64,000 nucleotides of DNA from an uncultured Lachnospiraceae bacterium (GTDB taxonomy: Bacteria > Bacillota > Clostridia > Lachnospirales > Lachnospiraceae), in assembly GCA_964572475.1 (NCBI GenBank), contig CAZNEZ010000006.1, positions 6,389 through 70,388 of the forward strand. Reading direction: 5' to 3'. The position numbers and the translations under genes are program-made. Below the pieces are notes generated by a model. The model was not told where the DNA came from. It worked only from the letters and a program-made list of their open reading frames with translations, and made no database searches. Positions 19,269 through 31,569 of the stretch are shown piece after piece; within the stretch, counting starts at the first letter, position 1, and the number at the start of each line of letters is the position of its first letter.

Positions 19269-19994
19269 GTGAGAAATGGATTTGAACTTCTGGCGGGTTC
19301 AGGCGAAGCGGATTTTAGCATTCACTATCTGAAAGAAATTAATTTTTTTGGACATACGGTATGTATAACAACAACGCATGTAAGTTTACTAATAATATCT
19401 ATAGTTATAGTAGTGCTGGCAGTAGTAGCCAATAAAAAGTTAAAAAAAGTCAGCGAAGCTGATGCGCCAAGTGGATTTATGAATATGATCGAACTTATAG
19501 TCGAGATGATTCAGAATCTTGTCAGAAGTGTTATGGGTGAAACCGGTAAAAAGTTCATGAACTACATAGGTACGGTATTTATTTTTATCCTGCTATGTAA
19601 CATTTCAGGACTGCTGGGATTAAGAGCACCAACAGCCGATTATGGTGTAACATTGCCATTAGGTCTCATTACATTTTTCTTAATACATTATAATGGAGTT
19701 AAGAAGAATAAAATCGGACATTTCACAGCACTTTTCAAACCAAGTTTTATTTTATTTCCGATTAACCTTATAGGTGAAATCGCAGTACCGCTATCTCTTT
19801 CACTGCGTTTGTTTGGTAATGTTCTTTCGGGAACGGTTATGATGGGACTTATCTATGGTTTGCTCCCAGTTCCTGTAACTACAGGAATACCAGCAGTCTT
19901 GCATATTTATTTTGATATTTTCTCAGGCTGCATACAGGCATATGTTTTCTGTATGTTAACAATGGTTTATATCAACGATAAGATAGCAGATTAG
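19269..19994 (+). CDS. atpB: F0F1 ATP synthase subunit a
   Basis: Conserved LSLRLFGN stator arginine motif, polytopic, correct operon position. GTG start. Confidence 0.9.
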   Translation: MRNGFELLAGSGEADFSIHYLKEINFFGHTVCITTTHVSLLIISIVIVVLAVVANKKLKKVSEADAPSGFMNMIELIVEMIQNLVRSVMGETGKKFMNYIGTVFIFILLCNISGLLGLRAPTADYGVTLPLGLITFFLIHYNGVKKNKIGHFTALFKPSFILFPINLIGEIAVPLSLSLRLFGNVLSGTVMMGLIYGLLPVPVTTGIPAVLHIYFDIFSGCIQAYVFCMLTMVYINDKIAD

Positions 19995-20041
19995 TTATCG
20001 ATAAACCATAGGTTTATATTAACGATAAGATAGCAGATTAG
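19964..20041 (+). repeat. direct duplication of the last 31 nt of atpB
   Basis: GGTTTATATCAACGATAAGATAGCAGATTAG (19964-19994, includes the stop) recurs as GGTTTATATTAACGATAAGATAGCAGATTAG at 20011-20041 (1 mismatch). A third partial copy AATAAGATAGCAGA is at 20045-20058. Confidence 0.85.
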
Positions 20042-20083
20042 CGAAATAAGATAGCAGAAACACAATTATTACTTTAATTTTAG

Positions 20084-20347
<264 letters not shown>

Positions 20348-20387
20348 TATTATAAGAAAGTAGATTACTCAGAAAGGAGGCAGGACC

Positions 20388-20960
20388 TTGGTAAATCAAA
20401 TACAGATGCTTCTTAGTTCAGTTCCTCCAATAGAAGAGGAAACTGGTGGAAGAATCTTCGGACTTGACCCTCAGTTGATATTCGATGCAGTAGTTTTAGC
20501 ATTTAATATATTTCTATTATTCATATTACTGTCTTATCTTTTGTTTAACCCAGTTAAACAAATGCTTCAAAAGAGACATGAGAAGATAGCTGGAGATATT
20601 GAAACAGCTAACTTGAATAAAGAAGAGGCTATTGCTCTTAAGGAGCAGTATGAAGTGAAACTTAAAAAGGCGGATAAAGAAGTAGAAGCCATTATGAGTG
20701 AAGCACGGAAGAAAGCACTGAAGAATGAAGAAAGAATTGTTGCTGAGGCAAAAGAGGAAGCTTCAAGAATTATTAAACAGGCTCAAAAAGAAGCAGAATT
20801 AGAAAAGAAGAAGGCTGCCGATGATATTAAGAATCAGATTATTATGGTTTCAACGATGATGGCAAGTAAAATAGTTGCATCATCTATTGACGCAGCAGCG
20901 CAAGACGAGCTTATTGAGGATACCTTGAAAGAGATAGGTGATAAGACATGGCTAAGCTAA
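20388..20960 (+). CDS. atpF: F0F1 ATP synthase subunit b
   Basis: N-terminal TM helix followed by a long charged coiled-coil. TTG start with SD AAGGAGG. Correct operon position. Confidence 0.85.
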   Translation: MVNQIQMLLSSVPPIEEETGGRIFGLDPQLIFDAVVLAFNIFLLFILLSYLLFNPVKQMLQKRHEKIAGDIETANLNKEEAIALKEQYEVKLKKADKEVEAIMSEARKKALKNEERIVAEAKEEASRIIKQAQKEAELEKKKAADDIKNQIIMVSTMMASKIVASSIDAAAQDELIEDTLKEIGDKTWLS

Positions 20961-21496
20961 TATCAAAGACATATGGAGATGCTTTATTCGATATAGGAAT
21001 AGAAAATGGAAATATGGATGAATTATTTGATGAGGCCTATGCAGTCATTGACATTGTTAGAGACAATGAGGAATTAACAAGGTTTCTCAAACATCCAAAG
21101 ATAGACAAAGAAGAAAAAACAAAGGTCATAGAGAATATTTTTAAGAATAGAGTAACTAAGGATATGGTTGGATTTCTGATTTTACTGGTCAGAAAAGACA
21201 GACAGAGTGAGGTTACTGACATATTAGAATATTTTATTACTAGAGTTTTGGAATATAAAAAGATAGGAATAGCATATGTAAGTTCTGCTGTTGAGCTTAG
21301 TGATAAGCAAAGAGAAGCAGTACTTAATAAGCTGTTGACTACAACATCATATAAGGAATTTCAAATGCATTATTCAATTGATGAAAGTCTTATAGGTGGA
21401 ATGGTCATTAGAATAGGCGATAGAGTTGTAGATAGTAGTGTTAAGACAAAACTTGACCAGATGTCAAAAGATTTGTTTAAGATACAACTTGCCTAG
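20948..21496 (+). CDS. atpH: F0F1 ATP synthase subunit delta
   Basis: 182 aa. OSCP-like, ending GGMVIRIGDRVVDSSVKTKL. Overlaps the end of atpF. Confidence 0.9.
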   Translation: MAKLISKTYGDALFDIGIENGNMDELFDEAYAVIDIVRDNEELTRFLKHPKIDKEEKTKVIENIFKNRVTKDMVGFLILLVRKDRQSEVTDILEYFITRVLEYKKIGIAYVSSAVELSDKQREAVLNKLLTTTSYKEFQMHYSIDESLIGGMVIRIGDRVVDSSVKTKLDQMSKDLFKIQLA

Positions 21497-21512
21497 AAAT
21501 TCTAAATCATGA

Positions 21513-23054
<1,542 letters not shown>

Positions 23055-23075
23055 TAGAAGAGAAAGGGTGATATC

Positions 23076-23936
23076 ATGGCGTCAATGAGAGACATTCAGC
23101 GACGAAAAACCAGTATTCAGAGTACCGGGCAGATTACAAAGGCCATGAAACTCGTTTCTACCGTTAAGCTTCAAAAAGCGAGAGGACGTGCAGAGAATAC
23201 AAAACCATATTTTGATTTAATGTACAAGACCATATCTTCTATATTAGCTCGTTCAGAGAACGTCAGCCACAAATATCTGATAGGTGACGCTGCAAAGAAG
23301 AAAGCAGTTATAGCAATTACTTCTAACAGAGGGCTTGCCGGTGGATATAACAATAATATTGTTAAGTTAATTGCTGGTGATACAACATTTGATAAAGACA
23401 GCACGGTTATCTATGCTATTGGTAGAAAAGGTAAGGACAGCCTTGTTAGAAAAGGATATGAGATTAAAGCTGATTTTTCTGATGTGATTAATAATCCTAT
23501 TTATTCAGATGCGATGCAGATATGTGATAAAGTATTAGAAGCATTTACGGTAGGAGAAATAGGTGAGATTTATCTAGCTTATACATGCTTTAAAAATACG
23601 GTTAGTCAGACACCTATGATGATTAAATTATTGCCAGTATTGGCTGATAGTGAAGAAAGTTCAGAAGAAGATATGATAACTCCTATGAATTATGAACCAT
23701 CAGAGGAAGAAGTGCTTGATTTAATTATACCTAAATATATTTCCAGTCTTATCTTTGGCGCATTAGTAGAGGCAGTTGCCAGTGAAAATGGAGCTAGAAT
23801 GACAGCAATGGATTCAGCGACAAGTAATGCAGAAGATATGATTGCAGATTTATCGCTCAAGTATAACAGAGCCAGACAGAGTGTAATTACTCAGGAACTT
23901 ACCGAGATAATCGGTGGTGCCAATGCTATTAGTTAG
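23076..23936 (+). CDS. atpG: F0F1 ATP synthase subunit gamma
   Basis: MASMRDIQRRKTSIQSTGQITKAMKLVS ... ITQELTEIIGGANA: the conserved gamma termini. Confidence 0.95.
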   Translation: MASMRDIQRRKTSIQSTGQITKAMKLVSTVKLQKARGRAENTKPYFDLMYKTISSILARSENVSHKYLIGDAAKKKAVIAITSNRGLAGGYNNNIVKLIAGDTTFDKDSTVIYAIGRKGKDSLVRKGYEIKADFSDVINNPIYSDAMQICDKVLEAFTVGEIGEIYLAYTCFKNTVSQTPMMIKLLPVLADSEESSEEDMITPMNYEPSEEEVLDLIIPKYISSLIFGALVEAVASENGARMTAMDSATSNAEDMIADLSLKYNRARQSVITQELTEIIGGANAIS

Positions 23937-23960
23937 CATTAGGCATAATTAACGGAATGA

Positions 23961-25373
<1,413 letters not shown>

Positions 25374-25386
25374 AAAGAGGTTTTGT

Positions 25387-25794
25387 ATGGCTGATGAAAG
25401 ATTATTCACATTACAGATAATTTCACCAGAGAGAGTATTCTATGAAGGTCAGGTTACTTTCGTAGAGATGAGTACTTCGGAAGGTGAGATTGGTGTATAT
25501 AAGGAACATATTCCTATGACTAATGTTCTTGTACCCGGAGTTGTTACTATTTATGAAGAGAATGATACAAAGAAGGCAGCAGTTCATGCAGGATTTATAG
25601 AGATTCTTAAAGAAAGAGTAACTATTATGGCTGAGGTGGCAGAATGGCCTAATGAAATCGACTTAAACCGAGCAGAAGAAGCAAAGATTAGAGCAGAGAG
25701 AAGACTTAAAGAAGGCGGAGAGGGAATAAATCTTGTGAGAGCAGATGCAGCACTTAAGCGTTCACTTGCCAGAATTAACGCAGTTAAGGAATAA
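25387..25794 (+). CDS. atpC: F0F1 ATP synthase subunit epsilon
   Basis: 135 aa, beta-sandwich followed by a helical hairpin. Last gene of the operon. Confidence 0.9.
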   Translation: MADERLFTLQIISPERVFYEGQVTFVEMSTSEGEIGVYKEHIPMTNVLVPGVVTIYEENDTKKAAVHAGFIEILKERVTIMAEVAEWPNEIDLNRAEEAKIRAERRLKEGGEGINLVRADAALKRSLARINAVKE

Positions 25795-25801
25795 AGAAAA
25801 A

Positions 25802-25838
25802 AACGGATATTGGAATTATATTTCAATATTCGTTTTTT
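25802..25838 (+). terminator. intrinsic terminator of the atp operon
   Basis: ACGGATATTGGAA pairs with TTCAATATTCGT (two G-U pairs), then T6. Confidence 0.7.
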
Positions 25839-25969
25839 AATATAAAGCCTAAAAAATTATCTTACATTTTCAAACATTATCAAACTATTACATATTTTTT
25901 TATACAGTAGATATGTGGTAAAATATATCCATAACATCAGTGAATTAGCACTTGAAAAGGAGATAACAA

Positions 25970-28900
25970 ATGATTGAAAAACTATTTAGAAAAACTAAAA
26001 AAGTTGTAGCTTGGTCGCTTGTAATAGTTATGTTACTATCACTTGCCGCCTGCGGCTCAAAGGAAGATAATAAAGGCGAGGATGAAACAAAAGAAACAAC
26101 ACAAGATGGTGGTGTGGCTGAAATGACTGGGAATACTCAGCGCGATGATGCCAAAGATACATACATTGCAGGGCTTGAATCTTTTGAACTTGGAGATGTT
26201 GATGTAACGGAAGATTATTTTGCAAATGCATTTAATAATGATGTAAAATACCTTCTTTCACTTGATAGCGATAAAATGCTTGCTGGATTTAGAGAGACGG
26301 CTGGTCTAGATATGAAGAGTGCAACAAGATATGGTGGATGGGAGAATTCACTTATTGGTGGACATACAATGGGACATTATTTAACTGCATGTGCACAGGC
26401 ATATGCTTCATTAGATGAAGGAGCAGATAAAAAAGCAGTTAAAGAAAAGCTTGATTATATTGTTGGAGCATTAAAGGAATGTCAGACAGCTACAGGTACT
26501 GGATATATTTTTGGTTCAACAATTCTTGATAAAGCTAATATAGAAAAGCAGTTTGATAATGTAGAGAGCGGACTTACTAATATTACCACTCAGGCTTGGG
26601 TTCCTTGGTACACAATGCACAAGATTCTTGCAGGACTTGTAGAAGTATATGAATTAACGGGTAGTGAAACTTCACTTGAAGTAGCTAAATCACTTGGAAC
26701 CTGGGTATACAATAGAACAGATAAATGGACAGACGCTGTTAGAAATAGAGTGCTTGGTATAGAGTATGGTGGTATGAATGATTGTCTGTACGAGTTATAT
26801 GCGGTAACAGGCGATGAAAAGTTTGCAGTTGCAGCACACAAATTTGATGAAGATGCTTTATATGCTTCAGTTGCAGCAGGTGCTGAGAATGCACTTAATG
26901 AAAAACATGCTAATACGACAATTCCCAAATTCTTAGGAGCATTAAACAGATATATTACTGCTGAAGGAAAAACTATTAATGGAGAAAAAGTAGATTCCTC
27001 AAAATACCTTTCTTACGCAGAAGCATTTTGGGATATGGTAGTTAACAAGCATTCATATATTACCGGTGGCAATAGTGAATGGGAGCATTTTGGCAAGGAT
27101 AATATTCTTGATGCTGAAAGAACAAACTGTAACTGTGAGACATGTAATGCCTACAATATGCTTAAGTTATCTAGAAAACTGTATATGATAACAGGTAAGG
27201 CAAAATATCTCGATTATTATGAGAATACATTGCTTAATTCAATAATGTCATCACAGAATCCTGAAACAGGTATGACGACATATTTCCAGCCAATGGCTAC
27301 AGGATATTTTAAGGTATATGGAAGTGAAACAGGACATTTTTGGTGTTGTACAGGAAGTGGAATGGAGAATTTTACGAAGCTTGGCGACAGCATCTACTAT
27401 AAAAAAGATAATATGCTTGTTGTAAGCCAGTATATCAGCTCGGTATTGACTTGGTCAGATAAGAATCTTACACTTACACAGAATTCAGATATTCCAGATT
27501 CAGATAAAGCAGAATTTGAGGTTAAAGCTATAAAAGATGGTTCTATTGACGCAGAGATAGCTTTTAGAATTCCAGATTGGGCTGCTGAAGATGTAGTTAT
27601 TAAAGTAAATGGAGAAAAAGCAGATACAGATTGTAAGTCAGGTTATTTGATTCTTAAGAACTTGAAAGATGGAGATAAGATTACAGTAACAATTCCTATG
27701 CAGATTAAGGCTTATAATCTTGCAGATAATGAAAATTGTTATGCATTCAAATATGGACCTATAGTATTAAGTGCAGAACTTGGCAGCAAGGATATGACTA
27801 CTACAACTACTGGAGTAAATGTTACAGTCCCAGCTACTAAGCTTATTGAGACAACTTACACGAGTGCTGGTACAGAAAAGGTTTCAGTCACTAATGGAAG
27901 CCTTGAGGATTTCTTTAAGAATATTAACAGTAATCTGGTAAAAACAGAAGGAAAGCTTGAATGGAAGCTTAAGAATACTAATGCCAATCTTATATTTACG
28001 CCTCACTACAGTAAATATACGCAGAGATATGGAATATACTGGCAGTTTAATAGTGACAGTTCTGCTGTAAACGCTACAGAACTTATTAATGAAAGAAATG
28101 AGTCAAGATTCCAAAAAGCATTGATTGATACTGTTCAGCCAGGTTATGGTCAGTATGAAAATGATGAGCTACATGATATGCAAGAGCTTAAGACCGGTTC
28201 TACAGGAGATACTTCCGATGGAACAAGCAGATATGCAAATGCTGGAGGTGCGTTCTCGTATAGAATGAAGGTTGCCAAGGATGAAGATAATTATCTTCAG
28301 TTAACATTTAAAAAAGATGATAATGGAAAGTCAATTAAAGTTACAATTGATGGAACAAGCATTTACGAAGAAAAACTTAATTATACAGGCAGTGACAGTA
28401 CTTATGATGTATTGATTAAAATGCCAAAAGATGTTGTAAATGATAAGGCTGAAACAGTTACACTTTCAGATGGAAGTAAAGTATCAGCTGTAAAGGTTAT
28501 CTTTGAGAGCGTTAACAATGAAGCTTCTGCAAGAATTTATGGATTTGCATATACTCTTCATGCATATGATACGCAAGTAAGTCTGGAAGTATCGGCTGAT
28601 AATGGAGATATTAGTACAGATGGTAAGAAATCTACAATTACTATTGAAAAAGATTGTAAAGAGGTAAATGTAAATGTTGATATTGCTAATAAAAATGGAT
28701 ACATTACAATTAATGGTATAGTTGCAGATGACACTAAAGCATACAAGGTTGATATGGAAAGCAGTAATTTTGCATCACTTGAATATGTAGTGTATGCGGA
28801 GGACCATACGACTAAAGAAACCTATACAATTGATATCAAAAAAGATGGAGCAACAGAGCTTCGCGAAAATGTGGATAATAATCTTGCATATTTTGTTGAT

Positions 28901-29629
28901 TGTGGAGATCATGTAACTTCTACTCTGTCAGAAGGCGATAAATTTGGAACTAACAACAGTGTGACAGACCAGGCCTATGGTATGGATGCTGTAACTGGTT
29001 TTAAATGGGGAATTATTGATGATGCAACTGATAAACAGGGAGGCTCATCACTAAGTTCAGCTGTATATACAGCAAATACATGGGCTTACGAATTTGCAAC
29101 TGAGGATAATCAGAATAAAACCGTAACTAATAGATATACCAAGAATCAGTTTGAAAATGGAATTACACCAAGATATATTGATTATGGCTTTGAACTTAAG
29201 AATGGAACTTATGAAGTGGAAGTTGGCTTTACAGATCCTTGGGGATGTTCAAACAATCCAGCTGTATATGCAAACTATGATAAGGATAATCAGGTTGTAA
29301 TTGCAGATAAGGTAAACATTAATAGTAATCCAGTAGCAACTGGTACGGTAAAGGTTACGAATGGCGAACTTACAATTAATATGAGATCAGTTGAAAATTC
29401 AACACTTGCTATAAATGTAACCTACATTAAAATTAAAATAGTTGAACTTGATGACAAATCTGATAATTCAGACAAGTCAGATGCTTCAGATAAAAATGAC
29501 AATGGCTCTGATACAAAAGCAGATTCAGAGACTAACAGTATTATTCCAATTATTATTGGAGTAGTGGTGGCAATAGTTATAGTAGCAGCAATAGTTTTAG
29601 TAGTACTTAAAAAGAAAAAACGTAAATAG
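25970..29629 (+). CDS. cell-surface glycoside hydrolase, GH127/DUF1680-type (beta-L-arabinofuranosidase-like) with C-terminal carbohydrate-binding/malectin-like modules and a TM anchor
   Basis: Lipoprotein signal LSLAACGS. DUF1680-type motifs GGHTMGHYLTA, CNCETCNAYNMLKL, FWCCTGSGMENF (Cys cluster as in HypBA1-type enzymes). SD-rich linker DKSDNSDKSDASDKNDNGSD followed by a hydrophobic helix and KKKKRK at the C-terminus. Confidence 0.75.
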   Translation: MIEKLFRKTKKVVAWSLVIVMLLSLAACGSKEDNKGEDETKETTQDGGVAEMTGNTQRDDAKDTYIAGLESFELGDVDVTEDYFANAFNNDVKYLLSLDSDKMLAGFRETAGLDMKSATRYGGWENSLIGGHTMGHYLTACAQAYASLDEGADKKAVKEKLDYIVGALKECQTATGTGYIFGSTILDKANIEKQFDNVESGLTNITTQAWVPWYTMHKILAGLVEVYELTGSETSLEVAKSLGTWVYNRTDKWTDAVRNRVLGIEYGGMNDCLYELYAVTGDEKFAVAAHKFDEDALYASVAAGAENALNEKHANTTIPKFLGALNRYITAEGKTINGEKVDSSKYLSYAEAFWDMVVNKHSYITGGNSEWEHFGKDNILDAERTNCNCETCNAYNMLKLSRKLYMITGKAKYLDYYENTLLNSIMSSQNPETGMTTYFQPMATGYFKVYGSETGHFWCCTGSGMENFTKLGDSIYYKKDNMLVVSQYISSVLTWSDKNLTLTQNSDIPDSDKAEFEVKAIKDGSIDAEIAFRIPDWAAEDVVIKVNGEKADTDCKSGYLILKNLKDGDKITVTIPMQIKAYNLADNENCYAFKYGPIVLSAELGSKDMTTTTTGVNVTVPATKLIETTYTSAGTEKVSVTNGSLEDFFKNINSNLVKTEGKLEWKLKNTNANLIFTPHYSKYTQRYGIYWQFNSDSSAVNATELINERNESRFQKALIDTVQPGYGQYENDELHDMQELKTGSTGDTSDGTSRYANAGGAFSYRMKVAKDEDNYLQLTFKKDDNGKSIKVTIDGTSIYEEKLNYTGSDSTYDVLIKMPKDVVNDKAETVTLSDGSKVSAVKVIFESVNNEASARIYGFAYTLHAYDTQVSLEVSADNGDISTDGKKSTITIEKDCKEVNVNVDIANKNGYITINGIVADDTKAYKVDMESSNFASLEYVVYAEDHTTKETYTIDIKKDGATELRENVDNNLAYFVDCGDHVTSTLSEGDKFGTNNSVTDQAYGMDAVTGFKWGIIDDATDKQGGSSLSSAVYTANTWAYEFATEDNQNKTVTNRYTKNQFENGITPRYIDYGFELKNGTYEVEVGFTDPWGCSNNPAVYANYDKDNQVVIADKVNINSNPVATGTVKVTNGELTINMRSVENSTLAINVTYIKIKIVELDDKSDNSDKSDASDKNDNGSDTKADSETNSIIPIIIGVVVAIVIVAAIVLVVLKKKKRK

Positions 29630-29657
29630 TTTTGCTTTATAAAAAACACTAAAAATG

Positions 29658-29708
29658 AAATACCCCTTATACCTTGATTTTAACAAATGGGTATAGAGGG
29701 GTATTTTT
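29658..29708 (+). terminator. intrinsic terminator after the GH127 gene
   Basis: AAATACCCCTTATAC pairs with GTATAGAGGGGTATTT (one bulge), then a T-run. Confidence 0.7.
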
Positions 29709-29861
29709 ATAGTTGACATGTTACAACAATACCAAGAGGTATGCATTATTGCAAATGATATTATGACATATGTAACTTGTTATGAATATGAATATTTAGT
29801 AGTATATGAGTATAGACAATAAAAAAATTAAACATACAGAATTTGAAAGGAGATTTTTATT

Positions 29862-30551
29862 ATGAAGCATAGAGCATCAAATCTTATCTGGGGGTTAGCG
29901 TTTATAGCGTTAGGCGTAATATTTCTAGGTAATACATTTTGGAATTTTCAAATTAGTGTCTGGTCAATTATCGGTTGCTGGTGGCCTTTACTTATCCTTA
30001 TTCCATCATTAGCAGGAATATTCGATAGAGGGTTTAGGTTTGGGAATATGTTAGGTATTGTTATAGGCGGTATCCTGCTGTTATTTACTAATAATCTTGT
30101 AAGCTTTTCGCAGATTAGAGGATTGATAGTTCCAATAATACTTATACTTATAGGACTTAGTATATTATTTAAAGATATATTGGTAAAAAAACCTTCGCAA
30201 GAAGCATATCAAAAGATGACAAATTCAGCATCAGCAGAGTATTCTGCAATATTTAGTTCTAATAATGTTATATATCCACATGATGTATTCAATGGAACAA
30301 GTATTAATTCAGTATTTGGCAGTGTTGTTCTTAATTTAAGAGATGCAATTGTAACAGAGGATGTAGTAATTAATGCTACGGTTATATTTGCGGGAGCTGA
30401 TATATATGTTCCGGGAAATGTTAATGTTAAGGTATCAAGTGTACCTATATTTGGTGGCGTAAGTAACAAGGTGCAGAATTTGAACGGAGCAGATGCACCA
30501 ACAATCTATATTAACGCTACATGTATGTTTGGAGGTGTTGATATAAAATGA
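29862..30551 (+). CDS. LiaF-like membrane protein (DUF2154 C-terminal domain)
   Basis: Four N-terminal TM helices, then the C-terminal pattern VFGSVVLNLRDA...VIFAGADIYVPGNVNVKVSSVPIFGGVSNK typical of the LiaF/cell-wall-active antibiotic response family. Confidence 0.65.
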   Translation: MKHRASNLIWGLAFIALGVIFLGNTFWNFQISVWSIIGCWWPLLILIPSLAGIFDRGFRFGNMLGIVIGGILLLFTNNLVSFSQIRGLIVPIILILIGLSILFKDILVKKPSQEAYQKMTNSASAEYSAIFSSNNVIYPHDVFNGTSINSVFGSVVLNLRDAIVTEDVVINATVIFAGADIYVPGNVNVKVSSVPIFGGVSNKVQNLNGADAPTIYINATCMFGGVDIK

Positions 30552-31312
30552 CAACATTTCAAAAAGTAATCAAGTATTGTGCAATGGGTTTTGCAATTCT
30601 TCTTACTGTTGGAATAATATCAACCATTTTAAATGTAGGGCTTGGAATAGTTGGTGCATTTTCAAATGCAGATAAGAATGAAACGTACAACACAGTAGAT
30701 GATTTTACAAATAAGATAGAAAGTATCAATAGTATTGTTGTAGATATTTCGGCTGGAGCTGTTGAATTTACAGAGGGAACAAAATTTACGGTTGAAGCCA
30801 CAGAGGTTGGAGGATATAGTTGTACTTTAGATGGAGATACTATTAAAGTTGATGCATCAGCAAGTGGATTCTTTAACAACTTTTCTTCAGGAAATACTAA
30901 GATAAAAATAACGCTTCCTAAGGAAATGGAACTGGATTATACAAAAGTCGATCTTGGAGCAGGAAAGGTTGATGTATCATATTTAGTATCAAAAGAGGTT
31001 AGGTTAGATATTGGCGTTGGAGAAATATGCGGAGATAACATTGATATTAAGGATGCAAATATTGACCTTGGAATTGGAAGCGTTAAGCTTTCGGGATTAA
31101 TCTCAGGCAATTCAATTATGGATAATGGAATTGGTGACATTAAAGTTAATTTGTATAATGCTTCAAATGACTATTATATCAAGGATAGTGCAGGAATTGG
31201 CGACTCTAAGATAACAGGTAATAAGAATAGTGTAAGTGATTCAGAGGCAAATAATTCGTTAAAACTTGAATGTGGAATAGGTTCAATAAAAGCAATATTT
31301 AACGAAGAATAA
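30548..31312 (+). CDS. DUF4097 (LiaG-like) beta-helix repeat protein, membrane anchored
   Basis: N-terminal TM helix. Repeated D(I/L)xxGxGxV(K/D) strands (VDISAGAVEF, VDLGAGKVDV, IDLGIGSVKL, NGIGDIKV). ATGA overlap with the upstream gene. Confidence 0.65.
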   Translation: MTTFQKVIKYCAMGFAILLTVGIISTILNVGLGIVGAFSNADKNETYNTVDDFTNKIESINSIVVDISAGAVEFTEGTKFTVEATEVGGYSCTLDGDTIKVDASASGFFNNFSSGNTKIKITLPKEMELDYTKVDLGAGKVDVSYLVSKEVRLDIGVGEICGDNIDIKDANIDLGIGSVKLSGLISGNSIMDNGIGDIKVNLYNASNDYYIKDSAGIGDSKITGNKNSVSDSEANNSLKLECGIGSIKAIFNEE

Positions 31313-31352
31313 TATCTAATAAAAGAAAATGTTTAATAAATAGTAACGCACA

Positions 31353-31404
31353 CAATCAAACAAACTCGTCAAAATCACCAATTGATTTGACGAGTTTGTT
31401 TGAT
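31353..31404. other. perfect 20-bp hairpin without a U-tail
   Basis: AATCAAACAAACTCGTCAAA (31353-31372), 12-nt loop, TTTGACGAGTTTGTTTGATT (31385-31404). No T-run on either side. Confidence 0.8.
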
Positions 31405-31436
31405 TATAGAACCTTATTGTGAAAATAATATCATTT

Positions 31437-31465
31437 ATTGACAAAATAGTATGCAACAAATACAA
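31437..31465 (+). promoter_or_regulatory. sigma-A type promoter of the GH43 gene
   Basis: TTGACA (31437-31442), 17 nt spacer, TACAAT (31460-31465). Confidence 0.5.
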
Positions 31466-31569
31466 TGTGTGTGAGTAATGAAACGTGATTAACACGAATA
31501 TTACAAAAAGGAGGATAGTTATGTATTCAATGTTTTGGGTAATATTATAATACTCGGAGGATTTATGAA

